NCBI RefSeq assembly: GCF_006345805.1 | Contig: NC_043005.1 | Coordinates: forward strand, 48,484,001-48,548,000 | Source of the DNA: Octopus sinensis | Taxonomy: Eukaryota | Direction: 5' to 3' | DNA: 64,000 nt | Part shown: one piece after another, positions 12,861 through 26,220 of the stretch | How positions within the stretch are numbered: the stretch's first letter is position 1 | Layout: every line of letters begins with the position of its first letter | Program-made: the position numbers and the translations under genes | Notes under the pieces: generated by a model | Databases searched by the model: none | What the model saw: only the letters and a program-made list of their open reading frames with translations | Told to the model about the DNA's origin: nothing

Positions 12861-13009
12861 CACACACATTTATATATATACTAGCAGAATTGCCCGGCGT
12901 TGCTCGGGGCTGAATTGCTTGAAAGTACTGTTAATGATTGCACTGAATTATGATGATTATTCAGGCAAATATTGATATAAGTTTACGGTGGGAGATAAGG
13001 ACTTAACGA

Positions 13010-13497
13010 TCAAACGTGTGCATTGCATTGTTTTGGGGGAACCAAATTTCTGATGAGCATTATAGGGGCACCAACTTTAAGTTTGAGAAAGTGTGGTGGT
13101 AGTCCGGGGTGCTCAAAGGAATTGAGTACCTCTATTGGATAGTTGATGACGTCCTCTGGGTCAGGAGTTGTATCGATAGACTGATATACATAGACTTCCC
13201 CAGGAATGAGTTTTAGCATTTCATCATTAATATGGTGAACAGTTTTATTCCTCGGGGCCAGTATAGCCTTTTTACCAATCCAATCCATATTCTGATAATT
13301 AGCTTGTAGATCTGGGAACACTGCATCTCTGAGATCAGAAGGCGTCTTAACAATGGTACAAATGGAATCGATGGCAATATTACCATTTTCATCCCCTGGT
13401 ATTTTGCCTTCGCCAAGTGCAAGGAGGGTGTGAGGAAATGCTGCTGATGTGATATTACGTCGCATATGAGCACGCATATTGGTGTGAAGTTTGAGAG
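13010..13497 (-). pseudogene. Helitron RepHel Pif1-type helicase internal fragment
   Basis: L.TNMRAH...LLALGEGK...AILAPRNKTVHHIN...YPIEVLNS..HPGLPPHFLKLKVGAPIMLIRNLVPPKQCN, characteristic Helitron helicase motifs; truncated at both ends. Confidence 0.93.
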
Positions 13498-13726
13498 TTA
13501 CTTCCCTTTATTTAAAAAAATATGCATTAAAATGGAAAAAAATTATGGTAAATTATTTGTAAAATCATAGACTCATCGTAGACACGCGCTAATACCCAGA
13601 AGGGCTCGATATGAATCACGACTATAAGATACCCAGTTTTGGTTAAACTGCATCGCAAAATGTGGGAGTAGTTAGGAATCTAAATCGGAGTAGACAGACA
13701 CACAACCTTTCTTTTATATATAAATA

Positions 13727-14395
13727 TTTTCGTCCTAAAAAACGTTGTATGGATTGAATGGTTACCTCTATGGAAATATATACACGCACATTATACATAC
13801 ACGTGTGTATAGATAAATATATAAATACATTTAAATATCTATATACACTTTTGGGCGATCTTTCTGTTTCTTAGAGATAACTTTAGATCTTATTTTCGTC
13901 CTAAAAAACTTTGTATGGAGTGAATGGTTACCTCTATGGAAATATATACACACACGTTATACATACATGTGTGCATAGATGAATATATAAATACATTTAT
14001 ATATCTATACACTTTTGGGCGATCTTTGTGCTACTTAGAGATAACTTTAGATCTTATTTTCGTCCTAAAAAACTTTGTGCGGAGTGAATGGTTACGTCTA
14101 TAGAAATATATACACACATTATACATACATCTGTGTATAGATGAATATATAAATACATTTAAATATCTATATACACTTTTGGGCGATCTTTCTGCTACTT
14201 GTATATACTTTAGATCTTATATTCGTCCTAAAAAACTTTGTATGGAGTGAAAGGTTACCTCTATGGAAATATATACACACACATTATACATACATCTGTG
14301 TATAGATGAATATATAAATACATTTAAATATCTATATAAACTTTTGGGCGATCTTTCTGCTACTTGGATATAGGTCTTATATTCGTCCTAAAAAT
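13727..14395. repeat. Tandem array of 4 units of ~160-166 bp inside the Helitron
   Basis: CGTCCTAAAA anchor at 13731, 13897, 14061, 14224 and 14384. Confidence 0.95.
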
Positions 14396-15076
14396 CTTTC
14401 CTGTCACACACTCACGCACACACACACACGCACCCTCACACACACACACACACACACACTCACACACACGCACGTTAGCTTACAATTTTATTTATATATT
14501 TGCGTGTCTATGTGTGTAAAGAGGAAGTGGGAGGCAGAGTGAAAGAGTCACTCTCTACAAAAAGTGAATTAATTTCACTTTATTCGTTGCACACTGTGTG
14601 TGTGCGTTTGCGTGTGCTGTAGCCCGCATTAAGAAAAGCATTTGACTTATACACCACAATGTGAGTTTTCTCTAAATTTTGCTTAATTGGGGTTGAAATT
14701 TTAAAAACTGGACCTGGCACGACCCGATGCATTCTACTCTTAAAAATGCTAGGTAAATTGTAATTGAAGAAATCCTATATTGTAGATTTCTATAAGATAC
14801 AAAGGGAGGCAGATAAAATCTGCCTTTTATAATAAGAGATATATATATAATCGGTTTGCAGCCGTCTACTCAACATGCAGGAATTGAACACCTATTCTGT
14901 ATATCTTAAACTACTTCTGACAAGAATCGACTTTCAAATAATTTTTCATTTTATTAACTAATTTTCCGGAGGTCTTGAATTGAAACAGCTGTAAGGGATG
15001 TTTGTCAATTTTTTAATTAATAAATAGTAGTTTATTAATTACCTCTCTATTTTCTTATTATATATATATATATATC

Positions 15077-15112
<36 letters not shown>

Positions 15113-15454
15113 ATATATATAATATATATATATATAAATATGTATATATACATCCAAATTGAGGGAATAGAGCAGGTAAAAGCCAGGATACATATGTTTC
15201 CTAGCTAGCAGAATTTCGGAAGTAATAATTATTCAATGAGGGGTGTTTCAGTAGCTACACATACTGAAATACTTTAATTAAATGGCGATAAAATTGTCAT
15301 TAATTTATCGAACTTCAATAAGCGAGAAACCTACAACCTTCGACGCCAATAAACTATCATTGTTCCTGAAAGTTGGTCTTTATACCTACTACGGACTGCT
15401 CGAAGCTTACTAACTTTCTACACCTAGATCCTTGAATCTTTCAATTACATATCA

Positions 15455-15611
15455 GGCGTGGCTCTGTGGTAAGAAACTTGCTTCCCAACCACATGGCTCC
15501 GATCTCAGTCCCACTGCGAGGCACCTTGGGCAAGTGTCTTCTACTATAGCTTTGGGCTGACCAAACCCTTGTGAGTGGATACGGTAGACGGAAACTGTGA
15601 AGAAGCCCTCG

Positions 15612-15643
<32 letters not shown>

Positions 15644-15859
15644 TTTCTTTCTGTGTGTTTGGCCACACCACCATCGCTTGACAACCGATGTAGGTGTGTT
15701 TACATCCCGTAACTTAGCGGATCGGCAAAAGACACCGATAGAATAAGTAGTAGGCTTACAAAGAATAAATCCTAGGTCGATTTCTTCGACTAAAAGCCTT
15801 CAAGTTGATGCTCCAGCATGGCCGCAGTCAAATGACTGAAACAAGTAAAAGAATAAAAG

Positions 15860-15860
<1 letters not shown>
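15455..15860 (+). mobile_element. SINE family B
   Basis: Full head, internal (TA)n, tail. Confidence 0.92.
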
Positions 15861-15913
<53 letters not shown>

Positions 15914-15917
15914 ATAT

Positions 15918-16047
15918 TTGTACTTGTTTCAGTCATTTGACTTCGGCCATGCTGGAGCACCGCCTTTAGTCGAGAAAATCGAACCCGGGACTTATTCTTT
16001 GTAAGCCCAGTACTTATTCTATCGGTCTCTTTTGCCGAACCGCTAAG
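15918..16047 (-). mobile_element. SINE family B, 3' half only
   Basis: Reverse complement of the family B tail. Confidence 0.88.
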
Positions 16048-16289
16048 AAGAATTTTTTGCGTAATGTGTAGATATTAGAGCATTTATAGATGAAAGGTCT
16101 TACAGCTGTTTCTATGATATTTATTAATTATATCCCTTCATCGGAGACAGTGTGAGAGGATGATTAATAGTTAAGTTAGATAGGATACAAAATAGAGAGT
16201 GAGGTGGAGGAAAGAAAATAGATGTGAGATATGTAGGGACATTGAAGTTGTAGATCCATGTTTTAGGCAGAATGGTATATATGTAAGAT

Positions 16290-16329
<40 letters not shown>

Positions 16330-16354
<25 letters not shown>

Positions 16355-16559
16355 TAATCCAAACAAGAAAACACAGAAAAAAAACACAGCAACGTGAGGA
16401 CGTGGAACAATTAAAGTATTATTGACGCTCAGGAAAGAAGGGAAGGAGGGTCTAACGTTTCGAGCGAGCTCTTCGTCGGAAGAAGAAAGATCCCGAGAAG
16501 GGAAGATAGAGGAAAAAAACTTTTTAGTGGTGGTGCTCAAGAGATCACATGTTGAACAC

Positions 16560-16560
<1 letters not shown>
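16330..16560 (-). mobile_element. Penelope-like mini-element with mutated hammerhead core
   Basis: Minus strand CCGACGA-A-GAGC-TC-GCTC-GAAAC-GTT at 16479-16454; body similar to 24290-24495; flanked by (TA)n. Confidence 0.65.
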
Positions 16561-16606
<46 letters not shown>

Positions 16607-17159
16607 CATATGCATACGCATATGTATAACGCACGCGCGCACACACGCATCCACATGTTATCGAACCAAAATTCAAATATATTAGAATTTTAATAGGCAA
16701 TACAATGAGGCGAGCTAATAACCTGATCTTTGGCCGGTATGAGGACAAATTAGAACGCAATTCACAATTCGCTGTGTTAGAACTCCTCATCAAGGCACAG
16801 ACGTTTAAACCATAAAGGTCACAAGTCGAGTGAGAGAGATATGGAGAATGAATATGTTCATATACCAGAGTATGTACATACGCTGGAAAGGCAACTCAAC
16901 GTAGATAAAACGTGGTAACTACACTAAAGGACCCCGGGATTATGTGTAACGGTATCAGATGATACCGTTACACATACATTCAATACCTCTAATTAGCATG
17001 GGATTCCCCAACTGCTCTTTCTGTTCCTATTAAACACATAACTGTGGTACAGAGGAAAATGAAAAAAATTTTTGCAAATATATTTCAAAATAATTAAGAT
17101 AATAGGGCTGCTCGCCGAAAGTGTGCACACGGCCAATCTTTTAAATTTCATGGCCAGTC

Positions 17160-17178
17160 TCATATGTGTATACACACG

Positions 17179-17214
<36 letters not shown>

Positions 17215-17367
17215 TGTATAAATATTTGTATATATATACATGCACATATACATAAATATAATTATACATACAAACGCACGCACACTCATGCAAAGACGTA
17301 TACACATACACACAGACAAACACACACACACACATATATATATGCACGTATGTATGTGCGTGCATAC

Positions 17368-17400
<33 letters not shown>

Positions 17401-17504
17401 TATGTATGTATGTATATGTATGTATGTATATGTAATTATGTATATGTATGTATGTGTATGTATATGTATATACATGTACATATATATGTATTGTATATAT
17501 ATAT

Positions 17505-17536
<32 letters not shown>

Positions 17537-17829
17537 GAGTTATCATACGTATCCCTAGAAACCATGGCGGCCCCTGTTATTTCTTTCTGCCGTGTTGTGC
17601 TGTCCTTCACATCTACATCTGTGTCACCTACTGCCACCAATTAATGACCACTTGACCAATTAGATAACCCCTTTTAGGTATTACAAAGATGTTTACGGCG
17701 GCAATCCAGCGGTCAGCTTCCTTTTGTTCTTGTTTATCTTCATCTTTCCAATACTTTCATCTCTCTTTTCCCATTCATCTAATAAAAGAAGTTCCTAAAG
17801 CACCAGAAAAGATAATGATTTGGTGAGGG

Positions 17830-17869
<40 letters not shown>

Positions 17870-17919
17870 CAAACACACATATATACCCATATACATATAT
17901 ATATATATATGTATGTAAG

Positions 17920-17951
<32 letters not shown>

Positions 17952-18594
17952 GTGTGTGTGTTGTGGTGTGTGTATATATATATGTATATATATATGCATA
18001 TGCATATACATATATGTACATATATATATATGTATATATATCTGTATATATACATATATGTATATCTATCTATATAATATATATATATATGTATACATAT
18101 GAATATATATGCATATATATATGTGTATATATATATGTGTGTGTGTGTGTAAGTATATATATATGTGTGTGTGTGTATATATATATATGTATATGTATAC
18201 ATATGATTATATATGCATATATATATGTGTATATATATATATATTGTTGTGTGTATGTATATATATGTATATATATATATACATACAGCATCACACATTA
18301 TATATGTATATATATTTGTGTATTTATATATATATATATATATATATACAACACATGTACATATATATATGTAAGTCCATTTAAATATATATATATGCGC
18401 ACACACATATGTGTTTGTGCATGTACATAGATACACAAATGCATGTATGCATGCATAAATACATACGGACATATATTCGTGCATGCGGTATGTCTCTGCG
18501 TGTACTTGTCTGTCTGTTTGGAGTAAGGCACATTTCTAGTTGTGTATGTACATATGTATGGATGTACGTAAGTATATATGTATCCATCTATCAA

Positions 18595-18665
<71 letters not shown>

Positions 18666-18680
18666 ATATGTATATACATA
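17160..18680. repeat. Large compound (TA)/(TG)/(TATG) microsatellite tracts around a ~290-bp unique island (17536-17830)
   Basis: Direct reading. Confidence 0.95.
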
Positions 18681-19482
18681 TTATACTAATTTGTGTGCGT
18701 GTGAGGGTATGGGTGTGAAGGCGAAAGATGATGAACAGAACCGTGTGAAACTTGAACCGATCCGAGCTGTAAGTGCTGGTATAGCCATATTTAGCTGATG
18801 ACAATCTGAGGCGGCGAAAAACTAATAACTTGACCTGACTATTTACAATATCTGATTATATCCCCATCAAAGTATTTGTGGAGAGGAGGCTGAGACACGA
18901 AGAAACGTGGTAAAGAGTAAATATATGAATGACTTCGTGAAAAAGAAGACGGCGCAGAAAATGAGATTTAAGAAAAACAAAAAAAGAAGACAAAAAATGT
19001 CTGATTTAATTTACACACTCGGCCACTGTCTTAACGACAACTTGGAAACTAGTAGAGTAAAGTGCACTGGAAGTAGATGGAATCAGTTATATGTGGAAAT
19101 CCGCTGGGAAATTTAGAGACTATTTCGTTCTTTTTCTTTGCGCACTTGGAAGAGAATAGACATAATGTGTGATATACATCTTTAACCCTTTTGGAAAAAA
19201 ATATATTCTCCCACTAAATAACAATGATAATATAGTGGTGGTTCGGTGGAATCGTTACAGCGTCGGTCAAAAATGCCTTGTGGTATTTTGTTTAGTCATG
19301 ACGCATGATGTTCTAAGATCAAATCCCGTCTGGTTTGATTTGCTTCTGCATTCTCTTGGATGTCGATAAAATACTAAAAGCTATATCCGGCTTGACCCCC
19401 TTCCTTTCTATGTTAAACACAATTATAGTAATTGTATAATTCTTTGTATATTTGTACATACACGTATACAGAAGCTTAATTA

Positions 19483-19516
<34 letters not shown>

Positions 19517-19721
19517 CAAGTGTGTGTATTTATATATATTTATATAAGTGTGTGTGTGTTCATTTTTGTTTTTATGATCAGATATAAGTCTAATATAATG
19601 AAGAAAGGTCAATTTGTCAGAAAAAGCAAAAGAAAATCACTACATCAGATCTAAAAGGCTCTTAAACAAATTGATAACTTTATACTTTTGTAGAGTACAA
19701 ATTTATTGTTCTTAAACAAGA

Positions 19722-19870
19722 ATATTATTGACAATGACTTCGAAGTTTCGGCCAGTTAAGGAATCGTTGAGCTGCGATGGATTAGAGTTCATATCCATGA
19801 GGAATTCTAATGCATCGTTGTACGACGATGGTTTAACTGGTCGAAATTTTGAAGTCAGTGTCATTAATAT
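19722..19870 (+). other. Long bulge-free hairpin (69-position stem, 11-nt loop)
   Basis: 19722-19790 pairs with 19802-19870: 54 Watson-Crick pairs, 8 G-U pairs and 7 mismatches by manual count. Confidence 0.9.
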
Positions 19871-19889
19871 ACTTGTTTAAAGGTGATGT

Positions 19890-20928
<1,039 letters not shown>

Positions 20929-21596
20929 TTCAGGTTGCGTAAGATATTTGAGGACAGATTTATTTTTCCGACCAATCGCCATCAGAACATCACACAAGGC
21001 AGTTAGCACATTCGAATTTCGTTCGGAATGCAACGGGTAAGTTTTCTAGCATCATCAAATTTGTAATTCCCGGAATATTATATTGACAAAGGAAATGAAT
21101 TTTTATAATTCTAATCCAGAAACGCGTCCATAATTTATCGAAGACTGATTTCATTATTTTCCTTCTTTTTGCCTGTGTAAGTTACAGATAGTGTTATCTG
21201 TGGAGTCATATTTTGTAGCGAATAGAAATAAGTCCTTTGGCTGCTATTTCTAAATTTTTCGGTATGCGGTTAAGCAACCTGTTGCTAAACCCTTAATTAT
21301 TGTTATAATTATATATAAAACTTCTTGTATAAGTTTTACCGAATATTTTTCTTATAAATTAATAATTTTTTACCCTATATCTATAATGATATATATATAT
21401 TTTTATATATATATATATATATATTCATGTATATATGTATCTCCCCACGAGTTTCAATTATCAATCTCGAAGCGATCAATATGTTGTTTGTGAATTTGAT
21501 TGACAAAAACTGAATGGCGACCATCGTACAGTATTTGTGTTGTCTATGTGTGTATATGCACGTGCGCGTGCTTGCTCTCGCGGCGGTAAAATATAT

Positions 21597-21662
<66 letters not shown>

Positions 21663-21667
21663 TGATG

Positions 21668-21702
<35 letters not shown>

Positions 21703-22673
21703 TTATATATATATATGAACTAATGAGGGCGTATTTACGTTCTCGGTCGATTTGCTACGAATCCCAACGTTTTCTTGAAATCTCACCCTGCAATTTAAAA
21801 ATGAAGGACATAGTCACAATATGATTATAATAACTGCAATATTTTTCATCATATAGCTCTTTCGTTCATTGCAAACTTGTGGCAAAACGACAATAACAAC
21901 AACAACAACAACTTCACTGAATTTTCTTTCACATTTCTTCCCCCACCAATGTTTTCTTGTGTTTTCCTCGTTAAAGAAATCAGTTTGTTTCTGAGTGAGC
22001 AAGAAACCGAGACTAGAAAATAATTATATTCACTTAAATAACACCTTTCCCTTTTCTGGTTTTTTTTTTTTTTACTTTCTTCTCTTTTTCTTTTCTTTTT
22101 TTTTTCTTTTTTTCCTGTCGCTCAATGTATGAATCACTTAGGGAAACTTGGATCACACGAGATTATCGAAGGGGAAACGTGATGAACAAAAACGAACATA
22201 ATCGTTTAGCGACTTCAAGTCTCTGGAAATGTCTTAATCAAGGCGGCATTCCTGGACCTCCGATGCAGTTACTAAACCCCATCAATGGCTTTTAATTGAT
22301 TAAACTATGCGTGTGTGTGTGTGTGTGATGCATGTATGCATATATGTATTTGTATATATATACATAGACATATATATGTGTGTGTGTGTGTATTCCTACT
22401 GACCCCAGCTTGCAAAAACCATCTGGTGGACAGACTACCATATTTTCACTAAAAGTACTCTTTACATATCAGTGTTTGCGTGTGTATGTATGTATGTATG
22501 TATGAATGTATGTATATATGTATATGTACATATGCATGTGCATATATATGTGTGCTTGTTTCATATATGCGTTGTGTGTATGAACACATTTATATATGTA
22601 TATAGGTTTGTGGCCGTATAATATTATTATATATATATATATATAGATATATATACATATATATATTATATAT

Positions 22674-22720
<47 letters not shown>

Positions 22721-23151
22721 ATATATATATACATATATAACAGATATATCTATTTATATATATACATATATTTATTTCTATACATATATACATATATTAT
22801 ATAGATATGATAAATACTGTATTAGTGTCGTGTGCGTCGTGTGCATATGTGTATGTGTGTCTGTGCGTGCGTGTGCATATGTGCGTGTATGCATGCGTGA
22901 TTTTGTACTAGTATTAAAAAGAAATACCCCATTTTTAGAGACACTGTTTCCACGATTGGCATGCACCATTAATCTCAGCAACGCAGTGATTTACCGCTTT
23001 TGTTTCTCCACGTTTCTTTCTGAACGTCAACATATTTCGGGGGCCTATCTACATAATTTTCCGTGATTCTAAAAACGAAACCTGCTAATTTTTGTTGCAT
23101 ATGTTGTATTTTTCTATTTGCTTGTTATTCTGGTGTCTTTTCGTTGTTGCT

Positions 23152-23182
<31 letters not shown>

Positions 23183-23631
23183 TTGCGGTTTTTAATGTCT
23201 CTATTCCGATTCCCATTTTAAACTCCCTGATTGGTCAGAAAAACACTGTGATTTATGCTTTAAATAAACAGTCGTAAACTATAAATGTTATGGTACTTAT
23301 CGTTGAGGTAAACTAAATGGCATATCCTATATTAAACGAGAGGTTTGATTATAGATATAGAAATTCTGGCGTCACAAGTTGGCAGACATCTTGTAAAGAG
23401 TACATTTCTTCGTTTCTAGTTGTTGCTGATGTTGTTGTTCTTGTTATTTTTATGCCCTATGAAAGAAAACTCGTTTCTTTTGAATAAATATTATATCCAT
23501 AACTGTTTTATTTCGTCACAAATTCACAAACATATATATATTCATATGCATACGAGCGCATCTATTTATCTGCGATGGTACGCTGTGTGTATGTGCGTAT
23601 TGAATAGACATATACGTATTATATATATATA

Positions 23632-23664
<33 letters not shown>

Positions 23665-24289
23665 ATATATACATATATATATATAATATTGTATATGGAA
23701 AAAACCAAGACGAACAGACACACGAATATATTGCATATACAATTTCATATAGTACATATTTATTGCATACATATCATGTGTGTTTGTATGTGTGTGTATG
23801 TGTGTGTATATATATACTGTATATATAGGCACGCATGCACAAACACACACACATACATACAAGAGTTAAATGTGAGCTACTATAAGTTTCTGTCTCCGAT
23901 AATACATTAGAGGAAAGTGACTGAATAGCGTGACGTGCATTAACAGGCAAACGTTCTATGTATATACCTCACACGCACGCGTGCGCGCGCAGATGGATGT
24001 GTGACTGGATGGTTAGGTAGATGGATAAGTTGGTAGGTAGATAGATAGAGTTATTTATCAAAACTGAAGCTGAAAGTTTGTCCCACGTCTCGAAATTTTT
24101 ACGCAACCTCGATCTTCAGGCAAAATAACTTTGCTTAAACTGAAGATCAAAGCGGCGTGAACCTTGAGTTGCGAGACAGACTCTAAACTAGTTTTAATAA
24201 AACAATACAAAATGCTATGCTCTACAATATGCACTGAACACTTCTGTTTCAATTCATTTGACATTAAGCTATGTATATATATATATATT

Positions 24290-24487
24290 GCATTCAATAT
24301 GTGACCGCGTGTGTATCGTTGGCGAATTTTTTCTCCGTCTTCCCTTCCTTGGATCTTTTTGTATGTTTCTGACGAGAGCTCCGCTCGAAACGTTAAATCC
24401 TCCTTCTTTCTTTCCTGAGCGTCCAATACACTATACTTGTTCCACGTCCTCGCGTTGTTGTGTTTTCTCTTTGTGTTTTCATGTTTG

Positions 24488-24495
<8 letters not shown>
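24290..24495 (+). mobile_element. Penelope-like mini-element in (TA)n
   Basis: Homologous to 4103-4190 and 16330-16560; contains a hammerhead core. Confidence 0.7.
24365..24398 (+). ncRNA. Minimal type I hammerhead ribozyme motif
   Basis: GTTT-CTGACGA-GAGC-TCC-GCTC-GAAAC-GT-T-AAAT: intact CUGANGA and GAAA core, 4-bp helix II with G-C closing pair, palindromic ACGU in place of helix III, short helix I. Confidence 0.65.
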
Positions 24496-24534
<39 letters not shown>

Positions 24535-24684
24535 CAGAAGCTTGATAATGCCAACGCACGAAAATCTTGGATCTTGAGTCACTCTGTTGCTTCTGCTAAA
24601 TGTTAATAAAATATACATATACTCATATTTTGAGTTTCATTTTTCCTGTTTGCAACATAACATCCTGTATGCATATATATATAT

Positions 24685-25062
24685 GTACATATATCGTCTT
24701 GGCACTCGGTCGGTTACGACGACGAGGGTTCCAGTTGATCCGATCAACGGAACAATCTGCTCGTGAAATTAACGTGCAAGTGGCTGAGCACTCCACATAC
24801 ACGTGTACATTTAGGGAGAGATTCAGCGTGACACAGAGTATGACAAGGCTGGGCCTTTGAAATACACGTACAACATAAACAGGCTGAAAGACGGAGAAAA
24901 AGTCGTGGTGAAAGAGTACAGCAGAGTTCGCCACCACCACTAGCTGGAGCCACGTGGAGCTTTAGGTGTTTTCGCTCAATAAACATTCACAACACCCGGT
25001 CTGAGAATCGAAACCGGGATCCTACGACCTCAAGTCCGCTACTCTAACCTCTATGCCATTGC
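24685..25062 (-). mobile_element. SINE family C
   Basis: Reverse complement of tRNA-like head (..GGTTAG..GCGG.ACT..GGTCGTAGGATC.CGGTTTCGATTC), GTGTTTATTGAGCGAAAACACC, and tail GATCGGATCAACTGGAACCCTCGTCGTCG. Confidence 0.88.
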
Positions 25063-25092
25063 ACCTCTCTCTCTCTCTCTCTCATCTCTCTC

Positions 25093-25132
<40 letters not shown>

Positions 25133-25176
25133 TATAATATATATATATATATATATATACTTATATATATATATAC

Positions 25177-25216
<40 letters not shown>

Positions 25217-25234
25217 ATTTATAAAGCTAGATAA

Positions 25235-25615
25235 AACTTAGATATGTTTCGACCAAAGATTGGTCCAGGCCATGTCTAGCTTAATAGCACCACCTGATAG
25301 GATTATCCAAATCCTTTTTAAGTGAAGTTTTGTTTATGGTCCATTCAAGTGGTGAGTTCTTGTTGAGCGAGTTGTATTCAAGTATGGGTGGCTTATCTGG
25401 TATTCCTTGAAGAAATCTGTCCAAACTCCAGGGATCGTTTTCCTCTTTAATCAGTTTTGGGTCAATGTTAAACAGGGCAGAGCCTGTTGAGGAAAAGAAA
25501 TAATGTCGCAGTGTACCAAATGTTGTGATCCTGAATTGGGCAGGGGACGTATGACCCGTAGACCCAGCCTCGGATGAACCTTGAAACTAATGTTCAGGTC
25601 GTTTGGGCAATGCTA
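25235..25615 (-). pseudogene. CR1/L2-group LINE ORF2 C-terminal fragment plus 3' end
   Basis: Manual translation: ISFKVHPRLGLRVIRPLP / TLRHYFFSSTGSALFNIDPKLIKEENDPWSLDRFLQGIPDKPPILEYNSLNKNSPLEW, resembling the HPRLGR...TLR..F...G..LFN.LP...LD.FL..IPD.P pattern. Confidence 0.7.
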
Positions 25616-25719
25616 TAGTTGCATGCATACGATAAAATAGAATCCTAACGGTCTACATTATCAAGATTTGTATTATTTAGTAACATCGACAAAATGTTCG
25701 GTCAAGTTACCTTCGGGAG

Positions 25720-25858
25720 TAGCATCTCAACGTTTCGAATAGCGTCTTTCTTCAGTGAAACGATGATATATATATATGTGTATATATATATATTATATAT
25801 ATATATATTATATATATATATGTAAGACGCCTGTTGTTATGTCCTGTTATTATTATTA

Positions 25859-25911
<53 letters not shown>

Positions 25912-26220
25912 GTATTTTTGTATTTATATTTGTGTAACATCGTCTGTTTTTCCGTCCTTGTTTTCGTATACCTTCGATGCTTTTTTCCAAGGAATCTAAT
26001 GCTCTTAGCTTAATTTTTCCTCGGGGCTGGCCAGATTGGTGCAATCTCAAGATTAATCAACCGATATTGCGAGGATGATCCGGTCTTTGACTGAGGATAA
26101 AAGTCTTCGAGTGACCCATCCTTGTTTTTTTGTATCGTCTATCTGGATGTTTTGTTGTCCCCTTTTGTATCACATAGATGTCCGGATATTTTGCGTTCTT
26201 GTCCCATTTTGTATTTTGTA
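25720..26220. repeat. Penelope-like terminal remnants around (TA)n and (ATT)n tracts
   Basis: Minus-strand CTGAAGA...TTCGAAACGTT at 25755-25729 and a T-rich tail similar to other TA-embedded elements. Confidence 0.4.

Larger units (their letters stand above)
12881..14839 (-). mobile_element. Composite non-autonomous Helitron
   Basis: Minus strand starts A|TCTCTTATTATAAAAGGC at 14839 and ends with hairpin CCCGAGCAACGCCGGG, AATTCTG, CTAG|T at 12881. It is inserted between A and T and contains a RepHel helicase fragment. Confidence 0.88.

Noticed and set aside
17563-17644. Kozak-like ACCATGGCG start ([10 protein letters not shown]...)
   Set aside because: Stops after 26 codons with no good donor; insufficient support.
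18709-18775. MGVKAKDDEQNRVKLEPIRA followed by GTAAGT
   Set aside because: No convincing acceptor or promoter, directly after a microsatellite, and no recognisable homology.
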